Source: the human T2T-CHM13v2.0 reference genome, Homo sapiens. From it: a DNA stretch of 64,000 bases. A program made the translations under genes and the position numbers. The stretch lies in NCBI RefSeq assembly GCF_009914755.1, contig NC_060934.1. One strand, written 5' to 3'. Below are positions 30,352 through 45,669 of this stretch, piece after piece (position 1 is the stretch's first letter; the number at the start of each line of letters is the position of its first letter). Under the pieces are notes generated by a model that searched no databases, was not told where the DNA came from, and saw nothing but the letters and a program-made list of their open reading frames with translations.

Positions 30352-30575
30352 ACACAGTACGGTGTAGTGCTTAAGAGTACTGATCTAGGAGCCAGACTGC
30401 CTAAGGTCAAATCTCAGTTTTACTCCTTGGTACCTCTGAGTCCTTGGGCAGGTAGTTTCATCTCTCTGCACCTCTGTCTCCTCATATATAAAATATGGAT
30501 ATAAGAGTGCCTACCTCACAGTATTTTTGCATGGCTTAACATGTGGAAAGCACTTTGAACAGTGTCTGGTGATAT
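30352..30575 (+). mobile_element. MIR
   Basis: cagtacggtgtagtgcttaagagtactgatctaggagccagactgcctaaggtcaaatctcag...ccttgggcagg...gcctacctcacag. Confidence 0.85.
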
Positions 30576-30578
30576 ATA

Positions 30579-30901
30579 CGGTCATGCACTGCATAATGAT
30601 GTCTCAGTAAATGACAAACCTCATATACAACTGTGGTCCCATAAGATTATAATGGAACTGAAGATTTTCCATTGCACTAATACCTACCATTGTGTTATTA
30701 TCTTCTTACACTATTCAGTACAGTAACATGGTATTCAGGTTTGTAGCCTAGGAGTAATAAACCACACCATATAGCCTGGATGTGCAGTAGGCTATACCAT
30801 CTAGCTTTGTGTAAGGACATGTTGTGATGTTCACATACAAAATCACCTAACAATGTATTTGTTAGATTATATTCCTCTCATAAAGCAATGTGTGATGACT
30901 G
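30579..30901 (+). mobile_element. Tigger3-type MITE inserted at a TA in the MIR
   Basis: ta|cggtcatgcactgcataatg...ggtcccataagattataat...gtttgtagcctaggag...gatgactg. Confidence 0.85.
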
Positions 30902-31059
30902 CATTAGCTACCATCACCATCACCATGATTCCCTCATCCTCAGTTCTCCTGGCAGAGTAAAAGAGTTGTGAGGTCTTTAAAAGGGGATAATGATTGTCCT
31001 GAGACATAAAAGTAAATGAAACAGCATGAGGATAGACACTGTCAGAAATGGCACCGTGG

Positions 31060-32520
<1,461 letters not shown>

Positions 32521-32530
32521 AAGAGGATAG

Positions 32531-32873
32531 TGGACACTGTGATTGACTGCCCAACTTCCCTTCCACCTTACTACAAATGATCAGAACATATTAATCATGA
32601 TAATATCATTTCCTCTGCTAGCAACTAGGAGAGATATGGACCCAGTCAAGGCCAAAGATAAGTATGGTGGGAGACTTCTGGGGAATTTTTCTTTGTTTAT
32701 AGAAACAGAAAAAACCTGACCTTTAGTGAAATTGCTGAACTAATCTATCAACCAGATCCAAAGCCTGTCCTGCAGATTTTGGACTTTTGGTTATATGAGA
32801 GAATAACTGTCTTTAATGTATGAGACTATTTGAGTCAAGATTTCTATTACTTGAAGTGGAAAACATGCTGATA
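32531..32873 (+). mobile_element. Old ERVL-class LTR (LTR33/LTR16-like)
   Basis: 3' end ttttggacttttggttatatgagagaataa...tttgagtcaagatttctattacttgaagtggaaaacatgctgata resembles the LTR16/33 U5; sits inside L2. Confidence 0.55.
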
Positions 32874-33919
32874 GAAAAAAAATGTATCCACACTAGAGAT
32901 GGAAAAAAATCATTAGAATGGAAATGGGAAAAGTGTGCTTTTATTGAAACCAAGAGAATAAATTTCAATATGGAAAGACAAGCTTAAGAGATACATTATC
33001 TGACCTATGAAGGCACTGCATGTGTGTATGTGTGCTTATATAAAAACATTATTTATGCTGATATATAGTTCTATGTATCTCAATTTAGGCATTCTTGTGC
33101 TATCACTTTTGATCATTGTATTAAAATATTCATGATTAAGAATAATAAAAATCCTAAATACTTGCCTGTTCTCTCTCTACAGTAGAACCTGATGCTTGAC
33201 ATATAGTTTGCGGTAAATATTTGTAAAATGAATGCAAACTGGTTCCAACAAGGTAAGGTGTTTTCTTTTAGCCTTATTTTTAAAAAATTGAGTGACCAGT
33301 TTTATTTTTTATTAGTTACTATAACAGATCCTCTCTCAGTTACATTCAAGACGTATACACTTTAAAATTCAGGAATGTTATATGTTTCTGGGAACATGAT
33401 TTGATTTTTTAAGTATTACCACATAAAGTTAGTATTATGAATGACATAGCACAGATTTGATGGTATATCGATGTAAATATATACTTATAGATACAGCATA
33501 ATGCAAATGATTTGTTTCACCATTCTAAAGCATTACCACAGAATAAGATGAATCCTACAGGGATTAGCAAAGGATTTACAAGGCTAGACAACTCTAGCTG
33601 TACAAGGAACCAAGAAATCTAACAATACCTTTTCCACAAAAGATCAGATTAATAGCAGAAGGCAAGCCAGAACATGTCATCGCTCATCACTCATTCTTTT
33701 GTAAAAAAGAGAAACTCTACCTCCTTTAAGAAATGTTCACAAAGTAGCAAAAAGTTCAGGTCAACAGCAAAGTACAATTATTTTGTAGTGTAGACTGGTG
33801 GGGCAATTTTAAGAAGCTTTTCTAAAGTTTTATAAACCAAGACTAAAATTTCAAAGTCAATATCATCTATAACTATAGTAAGATCCCTGAGGTTAAGGCT
33901 CATGCTATAGTTCTAGAAT

Positions 33920-34085
33920 GCTACTACTCAAAATGTGGTCCAGGGATGAGCAGCATTGGCATTACATGGTAAGATATTGAAAATCAGATTCCTGGGCTAC
34001 ACCTAGACTTACTGAATCAGAATTTGCATGCTGACAACATCCATCAGTGCTTGGTAGACACATTACAGTTTGAGAAGCACACTTC
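33920..34085. mobile_element. MER5A/B
   Basis: ctactcaaaatgtggtccaggg...agcagcattggcattac...cctagacttactgaatcagaatttgcat...cagtttgagaagcac. Confidence 0.8.
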
Positions 34086-35565
34086 TAGAGTATCCTCCAT
34101 TTGACCTCTGGCTTGAGTTCTCATTGAAATAATACAGAGCCCATCATTCACAAAAGCTAGTCTCAGAATTCGAGTGCAATGCTTAATTGCTCATTGTGCA
34201 CAAGGGGGCTCCAGCAAAAAGCCAATAGTCTGACTCAGGACAAAACAATGTTATGAGAACAGCCTTTATGAAGCAGTATGAAAAATATTGGATATAACTT
34301 TTAATACTTAGACAGAAATTTCTGTGATCCTACTGCACATTCTAGCATATAGGGTAGAGGAAAGAGAAGAGGAAATCAATTTGCAATTTTATAATTATAA
34401 TATTAAGTGGGGCAAAGAGAGTTAAAAGATGTCAGCCCTCAAGCACAGAGGCAGCAGTTAGTTGTGATTTTTTTATAAGACTCCCAAAGGCTTGTCTTCA
34501 ATAATTAACTTGTCTTTGCAAATCCCTATTCAGAAAGGCATTTAATAAGTGTTCTTATAGCTGATGTAGTCTAAATTAAGGACAGATTACTGGTGTGTGC
34601 ATTTTTCATTTTTCTTTTTTTTTTTCCTCTTGTTTCCAATGTCAAGAATGGCAAAATTGTCTGCTTCTAATTTATATAGCTAGGGTCAACATAGTGTCTG
34701 GTATATGATGGAGCTCAATATGGAATGAGTAAATTCAAACAAAAATAAATTTTCTTTTCTCCTGTTGAGTAATTTATGATTTAGATGTGGATACTACCAA
34801 GGTTCAACATGGAACTCTACTTGCTGTATTCCCAGTCACCCATTGAACCCAAGAGTTTCCTAAGTTACTAAATACTAAGCAGTACTTACCAATTCAAACA
34901 AGTATTGGGGCATAATAAAAATGTCCTTAGACTTTCCCGTGTATTAAACCAACCTACTCATAACAGACTCTGTAGTACTCATGATGACAGAATTGTGAAT
35001 GAGGCCCTTTCCTATGTGTTGAGCAATTAGGTTGCTTCCAAACAACTGAAGATAAGCTCAAAACAAACCATTGGTAAAACAAGCCAGGCAAAATTCAATG
35101 TAATCTTCTTCCTATTTCTTTATCACTTTTATTTCTTCATAGAATACTACATAACATTTCGTCTCTGGGGGAATTTAATCTGCTCTTTTTTTTTTTCCAA
35201 AACAACTTCAAGAAGAAAATCTTCCATACAAACATTAGCTTTTCTTTTTATTATTATGGCTCAATTTATCCAACTTTAATTACTTTAAAGGCAAAGTACT
35301 TTCTGTCCAAGATAAGAGACTTGTTCAACTCTCATTTGGTATTCTCTGCATAACTTTTTGAGACCGAAAAAAAAAAAAAAAAAAGATCACCCTAATTTAC
35401 AAAGGAGAACGTCACAAGGCATGGTAAGGTTGAACTGCTTGGCCGGGAGGTAGGTCAGAGGCAGGTGGGAGAATAGGGCCTGAGTCTCCTATTTTCTACC
35501 TATTTGTACCACATCTTTGTATCTTTACTATTTACCAAAATTATACAGACTACCATTGGTGTTCA

Positions 35566-35938
<373 letters not shown>

Positions 35939-37021
35939 GGCCCAAGTAAGTTGTAATAAATATGTGCCTAGTATCAATCTTCTTAATAGCATAGTCAGAA
36001 TAATTGTAGTTGTTCTGGTACCTGCTTAATTACATTTAAATATGCTTAACCCCAAAAGCCAACAATAGAAAACACACAAAGTGAAGTCCCAGGCAGTCAT
36101 GTATTCACACTTTGTACTTCAGAGTTTGTGAGATAAGCCATAAAAATGCACAAAGCAAAATGCTGGAGGAAATTCAACATATACATGATTGATTTATTAA
36201 GCTTTTGTTTTTATTACATTTTGGCACACTTCCTGTACATGCCTCTCAAGATTCTTATAAGGAACAAAGAGAAGCATTCTTTGCTTGGTATTCTTTATAA
36301 TAGTATTTACAGACTAAAAATGTTCATTTGATTGGCACTGTAGCCATCTATTTTAAAAATAATGCTCAGATCCCCTTCGCAGTTTTAAAAAGCTACTCAG
36401 ACAACTTTGATGCACAAAGTTTGAAAAGTACTGTCCTAGATGATAACACAGAGATATAGATGCACCATACAAAGCACCGCACACTCACAAACAAAATATG
36501 GTTGCTATAAATCACCCACAAAATTTCATTTTACCCCTGTATCTCAGAGAACAGAACTTTCAGCATCTCTTAGGAAAGGAAAGTATTTTTAGAGGTTTTA
36601 TCTGCAGTTATGTTTACCTTTTGTTGGAACATCCATTATCACCGTCGGACTCCTGACAATCCACCCACAATCTCTATCTCCAAATTGCCTCATCTTCTGT
36701 TCTCATACAAGGTTTTTTCTAAAAGCCTTCCTTCCCATTTCTACCTCGCTGCCCCCAGACCTTTTTCTCCTTTCTGTCTTTGAATCACTGTGTATATTCA
36801 ACCTTCTGTGATTAGAACAACTGTTCTTCACATTCTCTTGATCTTTTATAGCTCAAAGCTAATTTCATAAGAAAACAAAACAAAACAAAAACCCTCCAAT
36901 TTACAGAGCACAGTTTGTGATATGCAGTTCAGTAAATATGTTGACTCTGGGTTTATTGAAGAGAATACCACAAAACTTCAAGCTTGAAGTTAGCTTATTT
37001 TTATCTTTTGACTTCATGACC

Positions 37022-37300
37022 TTTTTATTTTTATTTTTATTTTGTAGCAGGGCCTCACTCTGTCACCCAGGCTGGAGAACAGCACAATCACAGCTCACTG
37101 CAGCCTTGACCTCTTGGGCCAAAGCAATCCTCCTGTCTCAGCTTCCTGAGTAGCTGGCACCACAAGTGTGCATCACCATACCTGGCTAATTATTTCTTAT
37201 TTCTCCTAGCGACACAGTCTCACTCTGTTTCTCAGGCTGGTCTCAAACTCCTGGCCTCAAGTGATCCTCCCATCTTGGCCTCCCAAAGTGCTGGGATTAC
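37022..37300 (-). mobile_element. Alu (AluJ-like), 5' end missing
   Basis: T-rich tail, cacagctcactgcagccttgacctc, ends cctcccaaagtgctgggattac. Confidence 0.9.
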
Positions 37301-39239
37301 TGCCTTGATAATATTATAGCCAATGATAATATATTTTTAATGCACACACTAACTCTTTCAATCAACATTCTATCCCATTCCATTGTCTTTAACTGACTTG
37401 ACTGATTTTGTCATGTAAACTGCCATTCAAATCATTACTATTGTATGTCATTAAACTACAAAATTGTAAGGTGGCCATCAGGCATATTTGTAAAACAATC
37501 AATATACCTATGTTAAGGATAAAGATTTTATAAGTCCTTCACACTAATTCAATAAAAATGATTGATTTCAATCTATACTTGTCACATCAAGCAATTAATT
37601 AAAAGTCCAGTCACATTATCTTCTCACAGTATCTTAATCACAATTTTGTAAAGTGGCAGTTCTTTTAACCACTGTTCGTTTATTTGTTGTTATAGTCAAA
37701 GTACCCATTATATTGTCCTCCAGGATGTTGCAGGGGAGAAAAGACAGATTAAGACACATTCTCGCCCTCAGAGGTTCTAGTAGCCTCAATATGTCCATAA
37801 AACTTCATTAGAGTCCTGGCTACTTGACAAAAATGCATGTTCTTCCTCAAAAGGGTCATGAATAATGCCATACACTTCACTTCTAAAAAGTAACAGGAAT
37901 CTTATTTATAATACACCATGCGAAAATAAAATTAGCTAACTCATATTCAGCTGCATGTGGGCACCTGCAGGTAGCAATTACCAGTTGTCTATAAAGTATG
38001 ACTTATAGTGCTCATTATGCTTATAATACATATTTTTATAAGTCATCAATAAAGGAAAAGAAAACTAGAGCTCAACTTTTCAAAAAACTATACACAATAA
38101 GTAAAACATTATGCAATATCACAATCAAGGGGTCAAATTACTATCCACATAACACCAATTTCATTTTACCATTTCTGTCCAGATTAAAATGTGAGAGATA
38201 CGGAAAGAAAACACCACATTCATAAGGGATACTTAACACACAATGTTTCGCTAACATGGGTGCATCTTCCCATTCCATTCCTATTCCTACAGAAGAGCCA
38301 GACACTGACAGGATCAGAATGCCACATTACTAAGAGGCCAACTCAAAAATAACAAAAAGGAAGGCTTGGCCATGCTTGGTGAAATGTTATAAGCCCATTT
38401 TAATGTTTTGTGGTAAAAATTTGAAACGCACACATAAGAGAGTGTTGTATAATTTACTACTCTGTACCCATTAGTTGGCTTCACTGAGTATCAACACCAG
38501 GACAATCTGCTTTGTCCATACTGTTCCCAAACCCCACCCCCAAGCCCCATCCTATATCTACTGAATTATTTTAAATAACTGAAATAACTGCTTAAATATT
38601 TACCTTTCACATCTTTCAGAAACACTTAGGTTGACTAAATATCATCTAATATAGAACAGAAAACTATGGCACTTATCAAAAGCCAAAGAGCTTGACTAAA
38701 TTACCTGAGCTCCTGCTGCATCAATTATTGAGCAGAAAATGCTACCACCTTGGCTTGGTTGATGTCAGGTCTTAATAATATCTTAGGTGTTGCACGATCA
38801 GAGCAGTTCCAAGAAGAATGATCCTTGCCCTAAATCATGTCTTCCCATGCCCATTCCCCAAATCGGCCTTACTAACTAAATTTTCACTATAAGAATTATT
38901 CATCTGGGCTTTGTAAACTGAACTCTAGGAAGGGGTAACACTTTAAGCAACTGTCAATCATGCATACCAAACCTCATATTTGGCTTTTATGGGTAACAGC
39001 TAGTTAAGCATGATGAAGAAAAAAAGAGTTTCAATTTGTGGAAGGTATTAGGAATATAACTGAAACAGGTAATGTGAGGAAACCAGGTACCTTGTGCACA
39101 AAAAGAGGTGGGTGGAGGAGGGCTGCAAAGGCTATTCAGTTGCTTAACCTACTCTAGGCTCTATCCCAACAGTAAGTGCAGATACTCTAAAATAACAGTT
39201 GAAAATACAGTGAGGTTTTGAGATAACAAAGCCACCCTA

Positions 39240-39432
39240 GAACAATGATTCTCCAAGTGTTTTAAGAGGATCACTGGCACAGAAGCAACTGGGATAATGT
39301 TTTAAATTATCCAGGTTTCTGGGCCCTGCCTCATCCTTAATCTGAATCTCTATCGGTGTGATCTAAGAATCTGCATTTTATAGCAAGTACTTCAGGTGAT
39401 TCCTACAATGCCAAAGTGTAAGAACCACTGCA
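39240..39432. mobile_element. MER5B-like
   Basis: caatgattctccaagtg...ctaagaatctgcatttt...caggtgattcc...caaagtgtaagaaccactg. Confidence 0.75.
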
Positions 39433-40056
39433 CTAGAGGGTATTAATATTTTTCCTTCAAGGCCCAGAATTCTCACCTTGAAATCTGTCACATACATACA
39501 TAATATCATATTTCTCAATTAAATATTTGATTGTGGTAATTATATCCTGTTATTAAACAAATATTACCATTTGCAAAGTGCTATCTACCTTGAGATATGC
39601 AAGCAAACCATATAAATATTCTGCCTTCCAAGTCCTTATAGTCCCAAGTTAATCAACCATGTCATCAAATTGAAACATTAAAAGGTAGGAAAAAAATCAC
39701 CATCAAGAAACAAAGAAGCTGCTATACTCAAAGGTATTCTTTAACAACAGGTAAATTCTCTGCAAGCCCAAATCAACATAACCCTGAGAGCTTTTGACTT
39801 TAAGACAACCCAAGGAGGAATAGGGCAGAGAGGACAGTGGGCTGAGAGCAGGCAGGAGGTGAGAGGAGGAGGACGGAATGAAAACATCAGTGCTGAACAC
39901 TCATTCTGATTTGAGTCCTAATAGAAAGCACACTACATCACAGGGAACTCGCTTTCTTAAAGAGGGTGTATTTTTCTTTCCAAATGACAAACCACAGTGC
40001 TGACAAAGTGAATGTATTTCTTCAAGTAATGAACAGCACCTAGAAAATGAAAACTT

Positions 40057-40369
40057 GGCCGGGTGCAGCGGCTCACGCCTGTAATCTCAGCATTTTAGGA
40101 GGCCGAGGCAGGCAGATCACTTGAGGCCAGGAGTTTGAGACCAGCCTGGCCATGATGGAGAAACCCTGTTTCTACCAAAAATACAAAAATTAGCTGGGCG
40201 TGGTGGTGCACACCTGTAATGCCAGCTAGCTGGGAGGCTGAGGCAGAAGAAATGTTTGAACCCTGGAGGCAGAGGTTGCAGTGAACCGAGATTGTGCCAC
40301 TGCACTGTGGTCTGGGCCACAACAGTGAGACTCTGTCTCAAAAAAAAAAAAAAAAAAGAAAAGAAAAAG
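40057..40369 (+). mobile_element. Alu (AluS-like)
   Basis: ggccgggtgcagcggctcacgcctgtaatc..., poly-A; TSD aaatgaaaactt on both sides. Confidence 0.95.
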
Positions 40370-40401
40370 AAATGAAAACTTGTCCTTTAAAAGAGGACAC
40401 A

Positions 40402-40634
40402 GTTTGAGACCAGCCTGGGTAACATAGTGAGACCCCAAGTCTACAAAAAAAAGGAAAAAGAAAATTGAAAAATAGCCAGGCTTGGTGGTGCAAACCTGTA
40501 GTCTAGCTACTGGGGAGGCTGAGGCAGGAGCATCGCTTCAGCCCGGGAGTTTGAGGTTGCAGTGAGCTATGATTGCACCACTGCACTCTTTAGCCTGGGT
40601 GACAGGGTGAGACTCTGTCCATTATGCAGGGAAA
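40402..40634 (+). mobile_element. 5'-truncated Alu (AluJ-like)
   Basis: Begins at gtttgagaccagcctggg; TSD aaaagagga(c/t)aca at about 40389-40401 and 40634-40646. Confidence 0.88.
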
Positions 40635-41147
40635 AAAGAGGATACATTTTAACATCTTCCCAAATGACTACAGGATACCCCAAATTTAAGCAAAATAATG
40701 GAAAATACTTTGACCAGAACTTCTGACCAGCTAGAAAAGTTTTAGCTCAGGTGACAAAGCTGTCTGAAGCCTCAAGAATGAATTGATGGTAGCCTAGGTA
40801 CTAGAGCTACAGGGACAGTTCATGTAGTTACAGCCCCTGTAGCAGCAACTCTTGGGCCACAAGATGCAAATACTTACTCTTGCTTCATGGTAACATATCA
40901 CACTAACAAACAGATGCCAATAATAAGCCCCTTGATTGAAAACACATTAGAAAAAAGAGTATGTGGAAGCTAACAAGTGGCTCCAGTGCTGGACAGACCT
41001 GAGTTATATTCTAGATCTTCCGTGTTCTAACAGTGTGGCCCTGGTCCTCAGGATAACAGTGGCACGAACTATATAATCGTTGCCAAAGCTCAATGACGTA
41101 TCTATGTAAAACGTTTGGCAGAATATCTGGCATTAAAGAAAGCTCTT

Positions 41148-41301
41148 GTCGGGCATGATGGCAGATGCCTATAGTCCCAGCAACTTGGGACACTGAGGCA
41201 GGAAGCCCGCCTGAGGCCAAAAGTTTCAGGCTGCAGTGCGTGATGATTGTGCCTGTGAATAGCCACTGCACTCCAGTCTGCGCAACATAGGGAGACCCTG
41301 T
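41148..41301 (+). mobile_element. FAM (fossil Alu monomer)
   Basis: Monomer with 7SL/FAM-diagnostic gcctgtgaatagccactgcactccag...caacatagggagaccctg. Confidence 0.85.
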
Positions 41302-41592
41302 AGGAAGAAGGAGGGAGGGAAGGAGGGAAGGAAGGGAAAGAAAGAAAGGAAGAGAGGGAGGGAGAGAGAGAGAGAAAGAAAAAAGAAAGAAAAGAAAGAA
41401 AGAAAAAAGAAAAGAAAGAAAAAAGAGAAGAAAAGAAAAGAAAGAAGGAAGGAGTAAGAGAAAGGGAGGAAGGAAAAGAAAAAGGAAAATAAAGAGGGAA
41501 AGAAAGAGAAAGAGAACAAGACAGAAAGAAAAAGAAAAGGAAAGAAAAGGAACGAAGGAAGGAAGTAAAGAAGGAAGGAAGGGCGGGCAAGC
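41302..41592. repeat. Polypurine (GGAA/GAAA/GA) low-complexity tract, about 290 bp
   Basis: Almost exclusively A/G; derives from the FAM tail; source of F/L/S-rich ORFs. Confidence 0.95.
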
Positions 41593-41949
41593 AAGCATAC
41601 TCTCTGGTTCAATTACTTATGCATACTTAACTCTGTAATATGTGACCTTATATAAACTTATATTAATATATATTTGTAATTTACCATCCATTTATACTCT
41701 CATACATAAACAATCAGCAAGTAGGTTGAATGGATTCTGTTGACATGCTGCTCTTTAAACTTTTTAAATTTAGTGTTTATCATCAGAGGACTTTGGCATA
41801 CAAAGAGTAATTCTGTAAATTAAATAACGGTCATTAGCCAAAGAAATCTAAACTCTGAGAAAATGCAACTTATAAATTTAATTCTCTGCCAGAATTTGCT
41901 ATGAAGTTTTTAATAAAGGGAACAACCATTAGTTACAATCAATAATAAA

Positions 41950-42200
41950 ACAGTAGAGGTGACATTTATTGATCATTTCCTAAGTACCAGAACTATGCAA
42001 GCACTTTATATGGATTGTCTCACTAAATCCTCATAATAGCCCCATAAGGCCAAGGTCTATTATTAATACCATTTTACAGATTCAGAAACTGAGGCTTCTC
42101 AGAAAGTTAAGTAAATTTTCTAAGGTCACATGAGCAAGAGGCCACCCAATGTGAATCTGGAGTTTGGGCTGTTGATCACCAAGCTACAGTGCCTGGAACC
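41950..42200 (-). mobile_element. MIR
   Basis: catttattgatcatttcctaagtaccag...aatcctcataatagccccataag...ccattttacagattcagaaactgaggc...taaggtcaca. Confidence 0.85.
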
Positions 42201-43199
42201 CAGGACTGAAGCTCAGTATCTCTTTACTCCTCATCCACTCTTCCTTCTACAGACCACAGAGCCTGGGATAGGCATTATCAACATAATTCAGTTTATTAGA
42301 AACCAGAGGCAATAATCCCAAGATATCTCATATTCTCCTTTTGAAGTTCTCCACTTCTACAACAGAATTTGGTCTTTACAAGCTGTTTCCCAGGTGTCCA
42401 GAGCCCAAGAAAAATTCCAAGATGAGATGTTTGTCCAAGGTCAAGACATTCTTTGGATAGTGCCTACTGAGATCATCATCTCGGTTTAGGTGACAGTGAG
42501 TCTTATATATGCGTTATTTTTCCCAAGTAATGTGATACCTTGATTTCTCTTTAATAAACATTTCCAGAAAGACCAAAAAGAATGATTCTAACAGTGAGAA
42601 TTTCAAGCCCTATGACTAGAAGTAATGGAGATGTTGAGTTAAAAATACAAAAGTATAAGAGGGAACCAAATGGATACAGCAAGGTCTGTAAGCAAACCAA
42701 ACACATATCATAATTTCTTGTGATCTGTTTTACTCATAAAAGACATACATTGGATGTTTATCCAAAACCTAAAAACATGATGCTTTAATATAGAGATGGG
42801 AGTAAAACCTTGATGGACATCAAAGCTCCAAATAGTAGGTCTATCTCAGTAAGAGTTCACTAGAGCATGGAGATACTTGCTCACAACAGGGGCAATGTGA
42901 GGGCAGCAGGTTCAGTCTGACTGGCCATTGACAGTTTATGACAGGCATGGTAGGTGCAGCTTTCTTTATGCATAGCCAAATTTAGAGAAATTAAAGGGTT
43001 CACTTTGTCTCTGGTATTTTTCATGCATCAATTAATTGAAGTTTACTCCCATAAGGATTTGATTATAATAAAGACTTATTGGGTAGGAAAAGGCTTTTTT
43101 CCCCCCCAGAATGTAATTACTTTTGAATATTGCAGCAAGAAGTCCATCTGAAGAGTGGAATAAAATGACATTAGTTACTAAACAAATGTGTTTGGGATA

Positions 43200-43830
43200 C
43201 TGAGAGAATGTATCAAAACCTCATCTATGAAGTATTCTTGTTGAAAATATTAAAATAATAGAATCCCTCAGATTCAATTTCTAGTTTGCATGAAGTATGG
43301 GGGATGGAGGAACAAATTAAAAAATACAACTAGGATGAAATAAGAAAAATGTAGAATACAGAACATTCTATAGGACCCCTGGTCAAATTTCATCAATATC
43401 AATGCCAAGAAACAGAGAGGAGGGAAAAGTAGAAATTGTTCTAAAATTTAAGTCTTGAGAGATATAACAAATGCAATGAGTGGAAACTGACTTGAATTGA
43501 GATTCAAACTAGCTACAGAGGGCATATGTGAGCCATAAGGGAAACTTGAATGTAAACTAGGGATTAGAGCATATGAAGGGATCATTATAACTTTTCTATG
43601 TGTGAATATTGTTGTAGTTATCTAAAAAAAACTCCCTTTTTTAGACACGTATATGAAGCATTTAAAAGCAAATGATATGTCTAAGATTCATTTTGTAATA
43701 TTTCAGCGCTCTCTACCCCCAATGACAAAATAGCAATATGGCAAAGTGTTGAAGCTTGCAAGATGGGATTTATTAAATCATTGTCTCCACTTTTGTGCGT
43801 GATTTTTATAGTAAAATGTTTTCTTTAAAT
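43200..43830 (+). mobile_element. Old L1 (L1MC/ME-type) 3' UTR remnant
   Basis: gaacattctatagga...acaaatgcaatgagtgg...gattcaaac...gggaaacttgaatgtaaactaggg...gcaatatggcaaagtgtt. Confidence 0.6.
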
Positions 43831-45669
43831 AGAGATAATCTAGAATTCCAAATATATAAAACTATTATACATAGTGTTAATCAACATGAATTATAAAATG
43901 CATGACCTTTAAAAATTATAGCATAAAAGATATATATATAAATTATATTTTTGAAAGAGTTGACATTTTACTTGCAGACTAAAAAAATTCACTCATCTCA
44001 TTTGCCTAATATTTTATATTAAACATTAATCTTTTATTTCATCTACCAAGATATATTTTGTCTTTAATATTTTAGTTCTTGAAGACTAATTTTTGTTCAA
44101 ATTAAGCATTAGCAATTGTTCTTCTGGAAATTACAAGAGACCATATTTTTCATCAGGGAAAGAACCGGAAGTTCTTCCTGATCAAGATTCTGAATTCAAC
44201 CTTACATTTACTGGCATTTCCAAAGCTATGACATCTTCAATTCCTTATGCTACAAAATCCTTTTGGCAGAGGAGGATCCAGAGGTACAATGAACACCCCA
44301 AGTCCTCATTTCCTCCCACTCCAACTCTTTCAGAATATTCCAGTTTCTTTTGGACCCCATAAATTTCCAGCATCTGTATTAAAAAACTCTGAAATAAGTT
44401 AGACTATTTTTAAAAAGCTCTTTTTTTTGATTTTACAAAACCTCCAAACTGTATTTTCCAAGCACAATTAAATATATTGCGATCTCAAGCAGATCAAACA
44501 ACCTATTGTGGTTTACACAGTAAAATGGCGAATATCACTGTGTGGGGCAGGTTCAAATTTGTCCAGCCAGCCCTCAGAAACAACTTGCTTCTGCAGCCAC
44601 CTGGATCAAGTTTCTCCACCCAATTAAGTATTCATACTCACAATAAACCCCCCAAACCTATTTTCTCAGAAGAGCACAACAGAAGAGAAAAAAGGACTGG
44701 GTGATTATTTTATATTTTTTAAAATATAAAAAATAAAACTGATGAGAGTGCTCACTGATGCAGGAAAATATGCAAATACAGTTATTTCCTTCCCATCCAG
44801 TTGTATTATTTTACTAACAAAAAAGTGCTGTTCTTCTATAACAGCTATTAAAATGATTCTGCTCCTACAAGGGAAGCAACTCAGTTAACATCAGCACCCT
44901 TTAAAGGACTATGCAAATGACACATAATGCAAACAAAATCACTCAAGAAAATCCCAAAGTGACTCTAGAAAGCTTACCTGGGAATAACAACTTTGGCTAT
45001 TTCTGAACTTCTATTAAAGAGAAAGATGTGGCTGGGGCATCTTTCCAAAGTTTGGGGACTCAAAAATGTGTTATGATGTGAACCATATACTCCAAACATA
45101 AACACAATTCACTGTATATTAAGCTACCTTTAAGTTTCACGGGCTTCTGAAGAACCTCCAGTTTTGCCAGGATTAAAGGCTCTGGATTTTAGCAGATGCA
45201 GACATGACTCTGCTTCTAATCAGAATTAAATACTTGTGTGACCAGGAGTATCCCAGTAAAATCCACGATATTTGAAACTAGTAGTATGATGCTTATTGGG
45301 TCAAAGCATAATGTTGATTGAGATTTTAATTTCTGATGAATAAACTATAAAGAAAATTTACAAGATTCAAGGTCCAGAAGGAGGTAAACTAAAAATTTCA
45401 CAGGTCTGAAGTTCGTGCCCAGTTCTCTCAAGGCCTCATCTTGAAAGTTCTTACATCCAAATTTTTTTTAAAAGGACATTTTCCCATTAGCAGTGAAAGC
45501 AGTTACTTTGCAAATACTACGTGGGAAAAATATTTTATTTATAATTCATAATCCCTAATTTATGAAATGTGAAATATATTAATTTGTTGTGAAAATAACC
45601 ACCATTATAAAATGGCATTTATTCACACATCCATCCAGCATTTAGAAATGGGTTGTTCAAAGAAATGGT

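Noticed and set aside
41011-41612. F/L/S-rich ORFs of 128-195 aa resembling membrane proteins
   Set aside because: Reverse translation of the polypurine tract plus FAM
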